Both the position numbers and the translations under genes were made by a program. This document shows, piece by piece, positions 55,200 to 63,782 of a stretch of 64,000 nt of DNA. Each line of letters begins with the position of its first letter. Position 1 is the first letter of the stretch. Location of the stretch: contig DUSC01000145.1 in NCBI GenBank assembly GCA_012842935.1, positions 225 to 64,224 of the forward strand, in the 5' to 3' direction. This DNA comes from Hyphomicrobiales bacterium. Its GTDB lineage: Bacteria; Pseudomonadota; Alphaproteobacteria; Rhizobiales; Rhizobiaceae. The notes under the pieces are model-generated. The model searched no databases. It had not been told where the DNA came from and was given only the letters and a program-made list of their open reading frames with translations.

Positions 55200-56000
55200 T
55201 CAGAGCCCCGTGAACTTCGGCTTGCGCTTCTCCGAGAAGGCGTTGATGGCTTCGAGATGGTCCTGGCTGCGGTTGGTCAGCGCCTCATAGGCCATGCAGG
55301 TATCCATCATCGTGTGAGCGAGCTGCTTCAGGCCGATGTTGATGGCGGTCTTGGTATATTTGATCGACTTCATGGCGCCCGATCCGAGCTTCTTTGCCAT
55401 CGCGTCGACCTTCGCGTCGAGCTCGGCGGCCGGGACCGAATAGTTGATCAGACCCATCGCCTGCGCGTCGGGGGCGGTAATCAGGTCGCCCGTCATAAGG
55501 TATTCCTTGGCCTTGGCGTAACCGATCGCCTGGGGCCAGATCACCGCGCCGCCGTCGCCGGCCGCAAGGCCGACGCGTACGTGGGGGTCGCCGAAGCGCG
55601 CGTGGTCCGCCGCGATGATGATGTCGCAGAACAGCGCCATCGTGGCGCCGAGGCCGACCGCGTCGCCGTTGACCTTGGCGATGATGATCTTGTCGCAATC
55701 GAGGATGCCGAACACGACCTTCTTTGCCTCGTTGATCGAGCGATCGAACATTTCGGTGTCTTCATACATCTTGCGCATCCCGACGATGTCGCCGCCTGCA
55801 GAGAAGGCCTTTCCGGCACCCGTGAAGATGACGATGTCGATGGAGTGATCCATGCCGAGATCATAGAACAGGCGCGAGGCCTCCTCGTGCATGTCCCAGG
55901 TCATGGCGTTGAGCTGGTCGGGACGGTTCATCGTCACCGTCATGGTGCGTCCGTCCTTTTCGAACAGGAAGTACTTGTAGCCCGAATAGTCGACGCTCAT
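55200..56000 (-). CDS. Crotonase-superfamily enzyme with DPH..GDG motif
   Basis: NRPDQLNA, FSAGGDI, GDAVGLG, FGDPHVRVGLAAGDGG..IWP, AFSEKRKP. Confidence 0.92.
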   Translation of the reverse strand: MSVDYSGYKYFLFEKDGRTMTVTMNRPDQLNAMTWDMHEEASRLFYDLGMDHSIDIVIFTGAGKAFSAGGDIVGMRKMYEDTEMFDRSINEAKKVVFGILDCDKIIIAKVNGDAVGLGATMALFCDIIIAADHARFGDPHVRVGLAAGDGGAVIWPQAIGYAKAKEYLMTGDLITAPDAQAMGLINYSVPAAELDAKVDAMAKKLGSGAMKSIKYTKTAINIGLKQLAHTMMDTCMAYEALTNRSQDHLEAINAFSEKRKPKFTGL

Positions 56001-56042
56001 GGGATCCTCCGCTTCGCCGGCCGACGGGGCGGCCGGAATTTT

Positions 56043-56056
56043 CTAACGCTAGTTCG
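56043..56056. promoter_or_regulatory. Putative TetR operator (internal promoter)
   Basis: CTAAC-GCTA-GTTCG in the 62-bp gap upstream of the crotonase. Confidence 0.75.
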
Positions 56057-56062
56057 AAAGTC

Positions 56063-58177
56063 TCATCGGTGCAAGTCCTGCCGCGGCACGACGAGCGCGT
56101 CGAGCGCCACCGCGCCTTCGCCCTTCGGCCAGGCGATGACCGGATTGAGGTCGATGGTCTCGATGTCCTCGGCGTGCGCGGCCGCGAACTCGGAGATGCG
56201 CACGAGCAGTTCGGCGAGCGCATCGATGTCGGATGCCGGCGCGCCACGCACGCCCGACAGCAGTGCGCGACCGCGAATCTCGTCGATCATGTGCATGGCC
56301 TCGTCGCGGCCGAACGGCGCGAGGCGGAAGGTGACGTCCTTGAGCACCTCGACATGCACGCCGCCGAGCCCGAACATCACGGCCGGGCCGAACACCGGAT
56401 CGCGAGACACGCCGACGATCACCTCGACGCCCTTCTTCGCCATCGGCGCGACGAGCACGCCTTCGATCCTCGCGTCGGGCCGGTGCTTCGCCGCGCGGTC
56501 GATCAGCGTTGCGTAGCCTGCCTCCGCCGCCCGGCGGTTAGCAACGCCGACGATTACGCCGCCGATCTCCGTCTTGTGCTGGATGTCGGGCGAGACGATC
56601 TTCAGCACGACCGGATAGCCGATCTCGTCGGCCGCCGCGCCGGCCGAAGCGGGGTCGGCCGTCACTCGCTCGTCGAGGAACGGAATGCCCGCCTGGCGCA
56701 ACAGGTCTTTGGCGGCGCGCTCCGACAGCGCGTCCTTGCCGATCGGCACTGCGGGCGCGACGCGGGCATCGTCGCCGGCGCGCGACAGGCTCCGGCCGAA
56801 ACGCGAAAGCGCCGCGAGCGCCGCCACGGCGCGGTCGCTGTCCTCGAAGACGAGGAAGCCCGCCTTCTCGTATTCGGCCACCACGTCAGGATCGGCGACC
56901 ATCTCCAGTGCGATCAGCCGGTCCGGGAAATCCGCGCACCCCCTGGCGATGGCGTCGCGAAGCGGCTTCGCCAGGGTGCGGGTGTTCGGCACGGTGGTGA
57001 AGAAGCCAATCAGCATGTCATAGCCGCCCTGCGCGAGGATCACCTCGATGTTCTTCGCGAGCAGATTCATGTCGTTGAGCGCCTGGGCCGTGGTGTCGAC
57101 CGGGTTCACCACCGTCGCGAAGGGCAGGAGTTCCTTCAGCGTCTTCTGCGCCCTTTCGGGCATGGGTGCGACGTCCAGGCCGTTGCGTTCTGCGGCGTCG
57201 GAAATCAGCACGCCAGCGCCGCCGGACAGGGTCACGACGCCGAGCTTGTTGCCTTTCGGGAAGATGCCACGCGCACAGGCATAGGCGACATCGATCTGCT
57301 CCTCGGTCGTCGTGGCACGATGGACACCGTACTGACGGAAGAGCGCGTCGTAGATCGCATCGGAACCCGCCAGCGAAGCGGTGTGGGAACTCGCCGCCCG
57401 CGCACCGATCTCGGAGCGACCGACCTTCATCATCACGATCGGCTTGCTGTTCCCGCGCGCCAGCGCCAACGCACGACGGAAGCGGGCACCGTCGCGCACG
57501 CCCTCGACATAGGCCATGATCACCTTGATGTCCGGCTGCGTCGCCATCCATTCAAGGCTCTCGGCGACGTCGATGTCGGCCTCGTTGCCGGTGGTGATCC
57601 AGTAGTTGATGCCGATGCCGCGCTTTCGGGCGAGATAGGCAATGTGCGAGCCGTAGGCGCCTGACTGGCTGATGATGCCGAGCGGACCGGGGAAGGGCAT
57701 CTCCTTGTCCAGCGACTGGGTGAAGGTGCCGTAGAAGCCGATCTGCGGGTTGAAGATGCCGAGGCAGTTGGGGCCGAGCAGCCTGAGCCCGCCGCTATTC
57801 GCAATATCGGAAATGCGCGCCTGGATCGCGAGACCGTCCTCGCCGCTCTCGGCATAGCCGGCGGAGAAGATGACCGCACCCTTGACGCCCTTTTCGACGC
57901 AATCGCGTACCGCCTGTTCGGTCAGCGAAGAGGGGACGGCAAGGAGCGCCACGTCCGGCGTCTCCGGCACGCAGGACAGAGACTTGTAGGCCCTCAGCCC
58001 CTGCACCGTCGCGCGGTTCGGGTTGACCGGATAGACGTCGCCCCTGAAACCGCCTTCGATCAGGTAGCGCACGGGCCGTCCGGAAATGCGCGTGGCGTCA
58101 TCCGACGCGCCAAGGACGGCGACCGACCGCGGTCGGAACAGGGCGTCGAGACCGCTCGGTGGCGTGACATGCTCCAT
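56063..58177 (-). CDS. ADP-forming acyl-CoA synthetase (acetate--CoA ligase family, alpha-beta fusion)
   Basis: PRSVAVLGAS, GPNCLG, SQSG, GNEAD, SHTASLAG (phospho-His), NPVD, ATP-grasp LKIVSPDIQHKTE, DLNP. Confidence 0.94.
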   Translation of the reverse strand: MEHVTPPSGLDALFRPRSVAVLGASDDATRISGRPVRYLIEGGFRGDVYPVNPNRATVQGLRAYKSLSCVPETPDVALLAVPSSLTEQAVRDCVEKGVKGAVIFSAGYAESGEDGLAIQARISDIANSGGLRLLGPNCLGIFNPQIGFYGTFTQSLDKEMPFPGPLGIISQSGAYGSHIAYLARKRGIGINYWITTGNEADIDVAESLEWMATQPDIKVIMAYVEGVRDGARFRRALALARGNSKPIVMMKVGRSEIGARAASSHTASLAGSDAIYDALFRQYGVHRATTTEEQIDVAYACARGIFPKGNKLGVVTLSGGAGVLISDAAERNGLDVAPMPERAQKTLKELLPFATVVNPVDTTAQALNDMNLLAKNIEVILAQGGYDMLIGFFTTVPNTRTLAKPLRDAIARGCADFPDRLIALEMVADPDVVAEYEKAGFLVFEDSDRAVAALAALSRFGRSLSRAGDDARVAPAVPIGKDALSERAAKDLLRQAGIPFLDERVTADPASAGAAADEIGYPVVLKIVSPDIQHKTEIGGVIVGVANRRAAEAGYATLIDRAAKHRPDARIEGVLVAPMAKKGVEVIVGVSRDPVFGPAVMFGLGGVHVEVLKDVTFRLAPFGRDEAMHMIDEIRGRALLSGVRGAPASDIDALAELLVRISEFAAAHAEDIETIDLNPVIAWPKGEGAVALDALVVPRQDLHR

Positions 58178-58186
58178 CGGACGCCC

Positions 58187-59422
58187 TCAGAAGTTGACAC
58201 CGTTGGCCAGGAGGTCGCGCGCGATCGTGCGGCGCTGGATCTCGCTGGTGCCGTCGGGGATGCGCATGGATCGCGTGAACCGGTAGCCGGCCTCGAGGCG
58301 CAGTTCGTTGGTCAGGCCCATGCCGCCGTGGACCTGGATACAGCGGTCGAAGACGCGATTTGCGGCGTCGGTGCAGTGCAGCTTGACCATGGAGGTCTCG
58401 GCGAGCGCCCTTTCCCCGCGCTCCAGCTTCATGGCGCAGTCGACCAGCATGGTCTCGGCGGCGTATATCTCGGCGGCGCTGTCGGCGATCAGGATCTGTA
58501 CGGCCTGATGGTCGGCGATCGGCTTGCCGAACGTCTTGCGCACCTTGGCGTATTCGACCGCCCGGTTGAGCGCCCACCGCGCCATGCCGACGCAGGTGGC
58601 GGACAGGCCGAGACGGCCGATATTGACGCCGCGCATCGCCACCGTCAGGCCCTGGTTTATCTCGCCGAGACGATGGCTGTCAGGCACGCGCAGCCCGTCG
58701 AAGGCGAGAATGCCGATCTCGGCGCCGAGCTGGCCCATGATCGGGATCGTCGAGACGACCTCGAAGCCCTTCCACGACGTGTCGACGAAGAAGCCGGTGA
58801 TGCCGCCCTTGCGCTGCGCGACAAGGTCGGGATCGGTGATCGCGAAGATCATGGCGTAGTCGGCATAGGGGCCGTTGGTGATCCATTGCTTCGAACCGGT
58901 GATCACCCAGTCACTGCCGTCGCGGACGGCCCGGGTCTTCATGTTGAAGACGTCCGAGCCGGCGTCCGGCTCGGAAAGGCCGAAACAGAGCGTCTTTTTA
59001 CCGGAGCCGAGTTGCGGGAGGTATGTGTCGCGCAGCGACGGGTCGAGAAGGGTCAGCACCGGCGACAGGCCGTTGGTGAACGGCGAGGGGATGACCACCG
59101 GGTGGATCAGGGTTCGGCCCGGCCCGCAATGCATGGACAAGAGCCAGTTGAGGTAGACCGAAGCGAGCGGCCCGAGCCCGCCGCCGCCGAGTTCCTCCGG
59201 GCCGAACATCGTATAGAAGCCGGCTTCGGCCGACTTCATGCGGACCTTGAGCTTGAGCGCTTCCACTTCCGGCGTGAAGCGGCCCTGCTCGTCGTAGATC
59301 GTGCGGTCCGATGCAAGCAATAATTTGTTGGCTGCCTCGATCGGCACGATCTCCTGCTCGACGAAGCGGATCAGGCTTTCGCCGGTCTGGATGATCTCCT
59401 GCGGGACCAGGGCGGTGTTCAT
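58187..59422 (-). CDS. Acyl-CoA dehydrogenase
   Basis: LSEPDAGSD, GSKQWIT, RKTFG, QVHGGMG, RIPDGTSEIQ. Confidence 0.95.
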   Translation of the reverse strand: MNTALVPQEIIQTGESLIRFVEQEIVPIEAANKLLLASDRTIYDEQGRFTPEVEALKLKVRMKSAEAGFYTMFGPEELGGGGLGPLASVYLNWLLSMHCGPGRTLIHPVVIPSPFTNGLSPVLTLLDPSLRDTYLPQLGSGKKTLCFGLSEPDAGSDVFNMKTRAVRDGSDWVITGSKQWITNGPYADYAMIFAITDPDLVAQRKGGITGFFVDTSWKGFEVVSTIPIMGQLGAEIGILAFDGLRVPDSHRLGEINQGLTVAMRGVNIGRLGLSATCVGMARWALNRAVEYAKVRKTFGKPIADHQAVQILIADSAAEIYAAETMLVDCAMKLERGERALAETSMVKLHCTDAANRVFDRCIQVHGGMGLTNELRLEAGYRFTRSMRIPDGTSEIQRRTIARDLLANGVNF

Positions 59423-59423
59423 T

Positions 59424-59846
59424 TCAGTCCTTGTCGAGCGTGAACTTCGGCAGGGTCAGTTCAGGCGTCACGTCGTCGAATTTCACGGTTACGCGGTCGC
59501 CGATACGAACCTGATCGACATCCTGCGTGACGATATTGGTCAGCATGCGCGGACCTTCGTCCAGCGCGATCATCGCGATGACGTAGGGTACGTCGGCCGC
59601 GAAAACCGGGCCGGCCGGCTTGCGCGCGATCGTGTAGGAGTAGATTTCGCCCTTGCCGCTCGCATCGGTCCACTCGATGTCGTCCGAATGGCAGTAGGGG
59701 CAGAGTTCGCGCGGATAGAAGTGGTGCTTGCCGCACGAGCGGCAACGCGGGATCGCCAGGCGATGCTCGCGCGCCGCGTCCCAGAACGGCTTGGTGCCCG
59801 GATCGATGACCGGCTGCGGCTTCTCGTAGGCCTGGGTTTCGCTCAT
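59424..59846 (-). CDS. DUF35 Zn-ribbon/OB-fold protein
   Basis: PFWDAA, CRSCG..FYPR..CPYC, GEIYSYT, LDEGPRM. Confidence 0.93.
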   Translation of the reverse strand: MSETQAYEKPQPVIDPGTKPFWDAAREHRLAIPRCRSCGKHHFYPRELCPYCHSDDIEWTDASGKGEIYSYTIARKPAGPVFAADVPYVIAMIALDEGPRMLTNIVTQDVDQVRIGDRVTVKFDDVTPELTLPKFTLDKD

Positions 59847-59856
59847 CGTGATCGCC

Positions 59857-61023
59857 TCAGCTGTTGGCCAGAATGACCGTCGCGCCGGACGACAGTGTGC
59901 CTCCGGTACCGTGGACGAGAGCCGTGTCGACCTTCTTCACCTGCCGGTCGCCCGCCTCGCCGCGCAGTTGCCGCACCGCCTCGACAAGCAGGAAGATGCC
60001 GTACATGCCGGGATGGCAATAGGAGAGCCCGCCGCCATTGGTATTGAGGGGGAAAGGGCCACCCGGAGCGGTACGCTGGTTCGAGACGAACTGCCCGCCC
60101 TCGCCGAGCTTGCAGAAGCCGAGGGCCTCTAGCGTCATCAGCACCGTGATCGTGAACGAATCGTAGCACTCCACGATGTCGATGGCGTCGTGGCTCACGC
60201 CTGCCACGTCGAAGGCTCGCTTCGACGACATTTCCGCTGCCGTGAGGCGCGCAAGGTCGGGCATCGCGCCGATCGACCAGTGGGTGTGAGCTTCCCCGCA
60301 GCCGCGGATGTGTATCGCCTTCACGCCGTGCGCCCTGGCGTTTTCCGCCGTCGTCATCACGACGGCGCCCGCACCGTCGGTGACGAGGCAGCAGTCGAGC
60401 AGCTTGAGCGGATCGGAGACCCTCGGCGAGTTCATCACGTCGTCGATCGTGATCGGGTCGCGCATGGTGGCGGCGGGGTTGAGAGACGCCCATTTCCTGG
60501 TCGCCACCGCGATCTCGGCAAGCTGCTCTTCCGTCGTGCCGAACTCGTGCATGTGGCGGCGCGCGGCGAGCGCATAGCCGCCGACCGGTTGGGGAACGCC
60601 CCAGACGTTCTCGAACTGCATGGTCAGGATGGAGGGACGGCCGCCGAGCGCGCGGCTGCGCTCGGTCTTCTGCATGGAGCCGTAGACGATGAGCGCGACG
60701 TCGCAATAGCCCTTCTCGATCGCCATCGCTGCGTGCGCGACATGCGCCTCGAAGGCCGAACCCCCGATATTGGTCGTGTCGGCGAAACGCGGCTGGATGC
60801 CGAGATACTCGCCGAGCGTGACCGAGGGAAGTTGACCGGGGCCGGGAACGCCCCACAAGCCGGCCACCAGCAGGCCGTCCACGTCGAGCATTGGGATGCG
60901 CGCGTCGTCCAACGCGGCCTTCGCCGCGCGCGCCTGGACCTGCAATACCGAGCCTCCGCCGACCACCTTGCCGTCCTTCAGTGGAACGTCGCCGACCCCA
61001 ACGATCACCGCTTCGCGCGCCAT
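59857..61023 (-). CDS. SCP2/Ltp2-type thiolase-fold protein lacking nucleophilic Cys
   Basis: IGGSAF (no Cys), LDCCLVTDGAGA, ECYDSF, NTNGGGLSYCHPG, EAVRQLRG. Confidence 0.9.
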   Translation of the reverse strand: MAREAVIVGVGDVPLKDGKVVGGGSVLQVQARAAKAALDDARIPMLDVDGLLVAGLWGVPGPGQLPSVTLGEYLGIQPRFADTTNIGGSAFEAHVAHAAMAIEKGYCDVALIVYGSMQKTERSRALGGRPSILTMQFENVWGVPQPVGGYALAARRHMHEFGTTEEQLAEIAVATRKWASLNPAATMRDPITIDDVMNSPRVSDPLKLLDCCLVTDGAGAVVMTTAENARAHGVKAIHIRGCGEAHTHWSIGAMPDLARLTAAEMSSKRAFDVAGVSHDAIDIVECYDSFTITVLMTLEALGFCKLGEGGQFVSNQRTAPGGPFPLNTNGGGLSYCHPGMYGIFLLVEAVRQLRGEAGDRQVKKVDTALVHGTGGTLSSGATVILANS

Positions 61024-61025
61024 GC

Positions 61026-61472
61026 TCAGGATTTCCCACTATCGATTGGCTGGAGGGCGTGACCCGCCAGAATCAGCCGCTCGCCCGCCCGGCATGTCAG
61101 CTTGACCCTTACGCTGGCGATGCCGTCACGCTCGACGAAGCCCTCCACTGCACCCGTGACTTCGATCGTATCGCCGGCGAACACGGGTCCGACGAAGGCG
61201 ATGTCGATCTCGCCGGAAGCGTCGAATCGACCGCCGCTCCACTCGTTCAGCACCTGGGCGACGAAGGCGAGCGTCATGAGCCCGTGCGCGATGGTCCGTC
61301 CGAAGGGACCAGTCTTCGAATATTCGGGATCGACGTGGATCGGATTGAAGTCGCCGGAGGCTTCGGCGTAGGCATCGATCATCTCCTGCGTCACCTTTCG
61401 CGTGAGCACGGGCAGCGCATCGCCCGGACGGGCGTCGAGCCATGGCCGCCTCACGACGGCGGGCGAGTTCAT
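61026..61472 (-). CDS. MaoC-family dehydratase (catalytic hot-dog subunit)
   Basis: YAEASGDFNPIHVD (DxxxxH), IAHG, FVGPVFAGD. Confidence 0.92.
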   Translation of the reverse strand: MNSPAVVRRPWLDARPGDALPVLTRKVTQEMIDAYAEASGDFNPIHVDPEYSKTGPFGRTIAHGLMTLAFVAQVLNEWSGGRFDASGEIDIAFVGPVFAGDTIEVTGAVEGFVERDGIASVRVKLTCRAGERLILAGHALQPIDSGKS

Positions 61473-61888
61473 CGGTCCTTCCCCCAGATCGAGGTGACGC
61501 GGCCGGAGGACACCAGGGAGCCGTCGCCGCCTCTCGCCTCGAAATCCGATACGACGTACGGCCTCTCCTTGCGGATATACTTCTCGACTACCCTGCCCTG
61601 GATCGCGAGTTCCTCGCCCACCGCGATCGGACGATGAAAGCGGATCGACTGCTTGGCGTGGATGCCGCCCGGGGGGCTGGCGCGGGCGTTCAGCAAGTCG
61701 ATCAGGTAGACAGAAGCGATCATCGAGGGGGCTCGGCGCTCTCCGTCCCGTTCGCGATAGAAGGAGCTGTCATTCCCGGTCGCCGCGAGGAAGCGGTCGA
61801 CGATCTCCGGCCGCACCCTGAACGTCAGCGGCCGGTCGGGGAAAACGTCGCCGATTGCGACATCGTCGTAGCGGCGGTAGGCGCTCAT
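61469..61888 (-). CDS. MaoC-like hot-dog protein (probably non-catalytic partner)
   Basis: FLAATGND, IHAKQSIRFHRPIAVGE, KYIRKER; no DxxxxH; ATGA-coupled to the catalytic MaoC. Confidence 0.82.
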   Translation of the reverse strand: MSAYRRYDDVAIGDVFPDRPLTFRVRPEIVDRFLAATGNDSSFYRERDGERRAPSMIASVYLIDLLNARASPPGGIHAKQSIRFHRPIAVGEELAIQGRVVEKYIRKERPYVVSDFEARGGDGSLVSSGRVTSIWGKDR

Positions 61889-61891
61889 CGA

Positions 61892-62803
61892 TCAGACCGG
61901 CGTCCAGGAAAACACGTCGCGCGACATGTGCAGCGGGACGAAGGAGGTCTTCAGCACCGGCAGCATGTGGTCGCGCAGGGTTTCCGGCGTCCAGCCCTCT
62001 GAGCGATGCACCGAGCGCAGCGGGCGCGGCTGGCTCATCAGGAAGATCTCGTTGCCGCGCACGGCGAAGATCTGGCCGTTGACCTCCTTCGAGTCGTCGC
62101 TTGCGAGGAACACCGCGACAGGCGCGATCTTGTCCGGCGTAAGCATGCGCAGACCCTTCAGTCGCTCCTCCTGGTCGGGCGTATTCGGGATCGAGCCGAT
62201 CATGCGGCTCCAGGCGAAGGGCGAGATGCAGTTGGAGCGGACGTTGAATTTCGCCATGTCGAGCGCCAGCGACTTCGAGAGTCCGACGATTCCCATCTTC
62301 GCTGCCGAGTAGTTGGCCTGGCCGGGGTTTCCGACGAGACCGGAGGTCGACGTCATGTGCACGAAGGTGCCGCTCTCCTGCTTGCGGAAATGCTCGGCAG
62401 CGGCGCGGCTCACGTAGAAGCTGCCGTAGAGGTGGACCTTGATGACCGAATCCCAATCCTCCTCCGTCATCTTGTGGAAGATGACGTCGCGCAGGATACC
62501 GGCATTGTTCACGACCACGTCGATCCTGCCGAACGTGTCGACGGCGCGGGCCACCATCGCGCGGGCCGCCGCCGGATCCGACACCGATCCGTAGTCTGCC
62601 ACGGCCTCGCCGCCGGAGGCCCTGATGTCGCGAACGACCTCGTTGGCGGGACCGTCGGTCTCGTCCTTGCCGTCCAGCGACACGCCGGGATCGTTGACGA
62701 CGATCCTGGCACCGTGCGCGGCCATCATGAGCGCCATCTCGCGGCCTATGCCGCGCCCCGCCCCCGTGATCAGCGCCACCTTGTTTTCCAGCATTCCAGC
62801 CAT
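61892..62803 (-). CDS. SDR, MFE-2-type (R)-3-hydroxyacyl-CoA dehydrogenase-like
   Basis: TGAGRGIG, VVNDPG, NNAGILRD, VHLYG, GNPGQANYSAAK. Start is 62803 or 62815. Confidence 0.92.
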   Translation of the reverse strand: MAGMLENKVALITGAGRGIGREMALMMAAHGARIVVNDPGVSLDGKDETDGPANEVVRDIRASGGEAVADYGSVSDPAAARAMVARAVDTFGRIDVVVNNAGILRDVIFHKMTEEDWDSVIKVHLYGSFYVSRAAAEHFRKQESGTFVHMTSTSGLVGNPGQANYSAAKMGIVGLSKSLALDMAKFNVRSNCISPFAWSRMIGSIPNTPDQEERLKGLRMLTPDKIAPVAVFLASDDSKEVNGQIFAVRGNEIFLMSQPRPLRSVHRSEGWTPETLRDHMLPVLKTSFVPLHMSRDVFSWTPV

Positions 62804-62861
62804 CGTCTCGGTCACCTTCCGGATCGTCTCTCGAAATCTTGATTGGGCGATGCGTCCGCCA

Positions 62862-63617
62862 TCAGATCATCCAGCGGCCGCCATCGACGACGACCGACTG
62901 GCCGGTCATGTAGCGGGCGTCGTCGCTGGCGAGGAACGCCGCCGCCGCGGCGATGTCCTCCGGCTCGGCGAAGTAGCCGAGCGGGATCTGCGCGCGGATC
63001 TTCTCCAGAATGTCCTCGGGGATGCGTTCGATGACCCGTGTCTTGGTGACTCCCGGGCAGACCGCGTTGACGTTCACCTTGAACGGCGCAAGCTCGCGGG
63101 CGAGCGAACGGGTGAAACCGATCACTCCCATCTTGGCGGCTGCGTATTCGGCGATGCCGATCTCGCCGGCCATGCCGGCATTCGAGGCGACGTTGACGAT
63201 CCTGCCGCGGCCCGCTTCGCGCATCGCGGGCACCACCTGACGGGACGCGGTGAGTGTCGAGAAGAGCGTGATGTCGATGACGAAGCGCCAGACCTCGGGC
63301 TCGGACTTGTAGAACTCTGACGCCCGTTCTCGTGCGCTTTGGCCAACATTGTTCATCAACACGTCGACGAAGCCGAATTCGTCGTAGATGCGCCTGAATG
63401 TCGGAACCAGGAAATCCTCCTTCGTGCAGTCGCCGGCGATGGCTAGCACCTTGGCGCCGCCCGCCCGCGCCTCGTCGGCAACCTTCTCCAGCCCGCCGGC
63501 TTCGAGGTCCATGATGGCGAGGTTGGCGCCCTCCGATGCGAAGCGCAACGCGGAGGCGCGGCCGATGCCGTTGGCTGCGCCCGTGACGACGGCGAGTTTA
63601 CCTTCGAGACGGCGCAT
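62862..63617 (-). CDS. SDR (FabG/BadH-like)
   Basis: TGAANGIG, NNVG, F..SEPEVW..VID, YAAAK, VNAVCPG, VDGG; AGGAGG RBS. Confidence 0.92.
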   Translation of the reverse strand: MRRLEGKLAVVTGAANGIGRASALRFASEGANLAIMDLEAGGLEKVADEARAGGAKVLAIAGDCTKEDFLVPTFRRIYDEFGFVDVLMNNVGQSARERASEFYKSEPEVWRFVIDITLFSTLTASRQVVPAMREAGRGRIVNVASNAGMAGEIGIAEYAAAKMGVIGFTRSLARELAPFKVNVNAVCPGVTKTRVIERIPEDILEKIRAQIPLGYFAEPEDIAAAAAFLASDDARYMTGQSVVVDGGRWMI

Positions 63618-63726
63618 GACCCGCTTCCTCCTGAGTGTCCGGTGCAGGCGCGGACCGCCCTGTCCGGTCGAGGCCTTGTCGGCCCTTCGAATGCTTCGGC
63701 GATGTCTATGTCGCCCGCATCAAAAC

Positions 63727-63775
63727 CTAACATCCGTTCGAAAGTGATGCAAGCAGGGAATCGAACAAGCGTACG
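63727..63775. promoter_or_regulatory. Putative TetR operator pair heading the long minus-strand operon
   Basis: CTAAC-ATCC-GTTCG (63727-63740) and degenerate CGAAC-AAGC-GTACG (63762-63775). Confidence 0.72.
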
Positions 63776-63782
63776 CTTTTCC

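Noticed and set aside
43587-63617. Calling the island a steroid or benzoate degradation cluster
   Set aside because: Ltp2/DUF35-, KstR2- and BadH-like components are present, but hallmark enzymes (KstD, KshAB, HsaA-D, IpdAB, benzoyl-CoA reductase, BoxABC) are absent from the window.
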